NCBI GenBank assembly: GCA_963835065.1
Contig: CAWIEK010000037.1
Span: forward strand, 1 to 64,000
DNA: 64,000 bases
Reading direction: 5' to 3'
DNA from: an uncultured Chthonomonadaceae bacterium
GTDB taxonomy: Bacteria; Armatimonadota; Chthonomonadetes; Chthonomonadales; Chthonomonadaceae
Positions within the stretch are counted from its first letter, which is position 1; every line of letters starts with the position of its first letter. Under the pieces are notes generated by a model. That model made no database searches, was not told the origin of the DNA, and saw nothing but the letters and a program-made list of their open reading frames with translations. The position numbers were made by a program, and so were the translations under genes. This document shows positions 62,491-64,000 of the stretch, piece by piece.

Positions 62491-62700
62491 CTGGTTTCTT
62501 TATCAAAAAAAATCAGCCTGTTGAATATCTTTACACTACTAACGTATGAAATCTCAAAGGTTAGTGTATAATAAAGACATTCGCGCAGAAGGATTGTGTT
62601 GCCGTAAGCAATGTATGTACATATCCGTACACATTCGTATACGCAAGCCAAGGCGCTAATCGGGATTGCATGACCAGACGGGTTTGGAGGGAGGACCGTT

Positions 62701-63306
62701 TTGCTTAAAACGCTCGAAAAATTTATTCTGGATCTCCTGGCGTTGCTTACTTACATTCTTAACTACTTTCGGGGGCGAAAGCCTCAAGATGCCCCATGCG
62801 GCGCCTGTCCTCCCGCCTTGCGCAAGCCGGACCCGCTTCTCTACTGCCAGTATTATCTGCTAAGTTTGGGTTTTCCCGTGACGTGGGACAATCCCGACAT
62901 CTACGTTTTCGAGGGTAATGTACTCGTTGACCCCCATGATCTCAAGGCCAACACCGCGTACACCATTGTCGCGCGAATCTGGAATAACTCCACGGACATT
63001 CCCGTCGTCAATTTGAAGGTCAACTTTTCCTACCTGTCATTCGGCATAGGCACAATGTCGCACCTTATCGGCGCGAGTACGACTGACTTGAGCGTGAAGG
63101 GCCTGCCCGGCTGCCCGGCCTTCGCGTCTATCCCCTGGACAACGCCCGCGCAAGAGGGACATTACTGCATTCAAGTGCTGCTGGAGCCGCCCGACGACAG
63201 CAACTGGCTGAACAATCTGGGCCAGCGCAATATACAGGTCGCGCAGCCGCAAAGTCCCGCAGTGCAACGAGCGCGATGCAAAAGTTCCCGGTCCCGGACA
63301 AAGTGA
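62701..63306 (+). CDS. Hypothetical Ig-like protein, 3' end probably frameshifted
   Basis: GGAGG RBS; TWDNPDI, IVARIWNNS, GHYCIQV, NNLGQRN. Confidence 0.65.
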   Translation: MLKTLEKFILDLLALLTYILNYFRGRKPQDAPCGACPPALRKPDPLLYCQYYLLSLGFPVTWDNPDIYVFEGNVLVDPHDLKANTAYTIVARIWNNSTDIPVVNLKVNFSYLSFGIGTMSHLIGASTTDLSVKGLPGCPAFASIPWTTPAQEGHYCIQVLLEPPDDSNWLNNLGQRNIQVAQPQSPAVQRARCKSSRSRTK

Positions 63307-64000
63307 GCAAAACTGGCCGGTTCACCGTCGAATGCGTACTATCCCGCCGAGACAGCTCGCTCCCGGCGAGGAGAAGCAGGTTCAGGCGGAAATCACGCCG
63401 CCCTCCTGGTTCTCCGGGAAGATGCCGATTAACATCACCGCCTGGGATGCACACGGGCCGATTGGCGGCGTGACGCTGACTGTCGAAGTACTTTAAGATG
63501 CCAACCTGGTTTCCTTCTTACACGCAAAGGAACCGAGCGGCTGGTACAAGGTTCCTGTAGTGGCTGTCGTCGCTATCGGCATTGTCGGCGCGGCGTCCTT
63601 CGCAGTTCTCGCCGTTGCCGGGGGCTGGCTCTCAGCCGCAGCGGTATTTCTCGCTGATGCCTGTCTCGGCGGGATTCTGTTTTGCACGTGGCTGAACGTT
63701 CGGCTGATCTGTCTTGGTGACGAGCGTGACGGCGCTGATATACAATTTGGAACCGCCGGACCCTGGTTTCAACGCCTTTCATGTCACCAAATATGACACC
63801 GATTACAGCTTCAATCTGCTGCTCTGCCCGTTTGTTCCGCGCGAAATTGAATTGCCGAGCAATGGTCGCCTGAGCGCGACGTTCTCAACTTGTCACCGAT
63901 TGGCCTACGCTATTTCCCTCCATTGCTTTTTCTGATGTAGCGACACAGGTCGCGCTGATCCTGCCTCAACAGACAATGGCAAGTCTCAGCCTTAGATTTG

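Noticed and set aside
63493..64000. Gene at the window end
   Set aside because: Probably coding (TM segment, DTDYSFNLLL) but too fragmented by frameshifts to define.

Overview
This is a GC-rich bacterial chromosomal window, probably Armatimonadota. That assignment is inferred from 16S features and gene content: a DUF1559/prepilin-type protein, a GntR-LacI regulator and a copper-amine-oxidase 'stalk' protein. It starts inside a stand-alone 16S rRNA gene that ends at a terminator, with no linked 23S and an enlarged helix-44 tip. Core genes (glnE, glcF, paaK-like ligase, sulfite/nitrite reductase, sbcD-sbcC, clpS, glnD) are interleaved with carbohydrate-active genes, an alpha-2-macroglobulin operon, two candidate ATPase defence modules and many complete or orphan toxin-antitoxin genes. 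Most notable: (i) a tRNA(CAU), most likely tRNA-Ile2, split by a 281-nt group I intron at position 33/34; (ii) a candidate new type I toxin-antitoxin locus, with a 36-aa hydrophobic peptide, a convergent antisense promoter and an XRE regulator with a palindromic operator; (iii) a 2.5-kb copy of that locus inserted into an antitoxin gene with a 10-bp direct repeat and no transposase; (iv) a family of 7/8/9-nt repeat modules found as intergenic inverted repeats and as near-identical composite in-frame insertions in unrelated proteins; (v) a solitary integron attC cassette. About ten genes carry single-base frameshifts, which probably reflects sequencing or assembly indel error, so pseudogene calls are uncertain.
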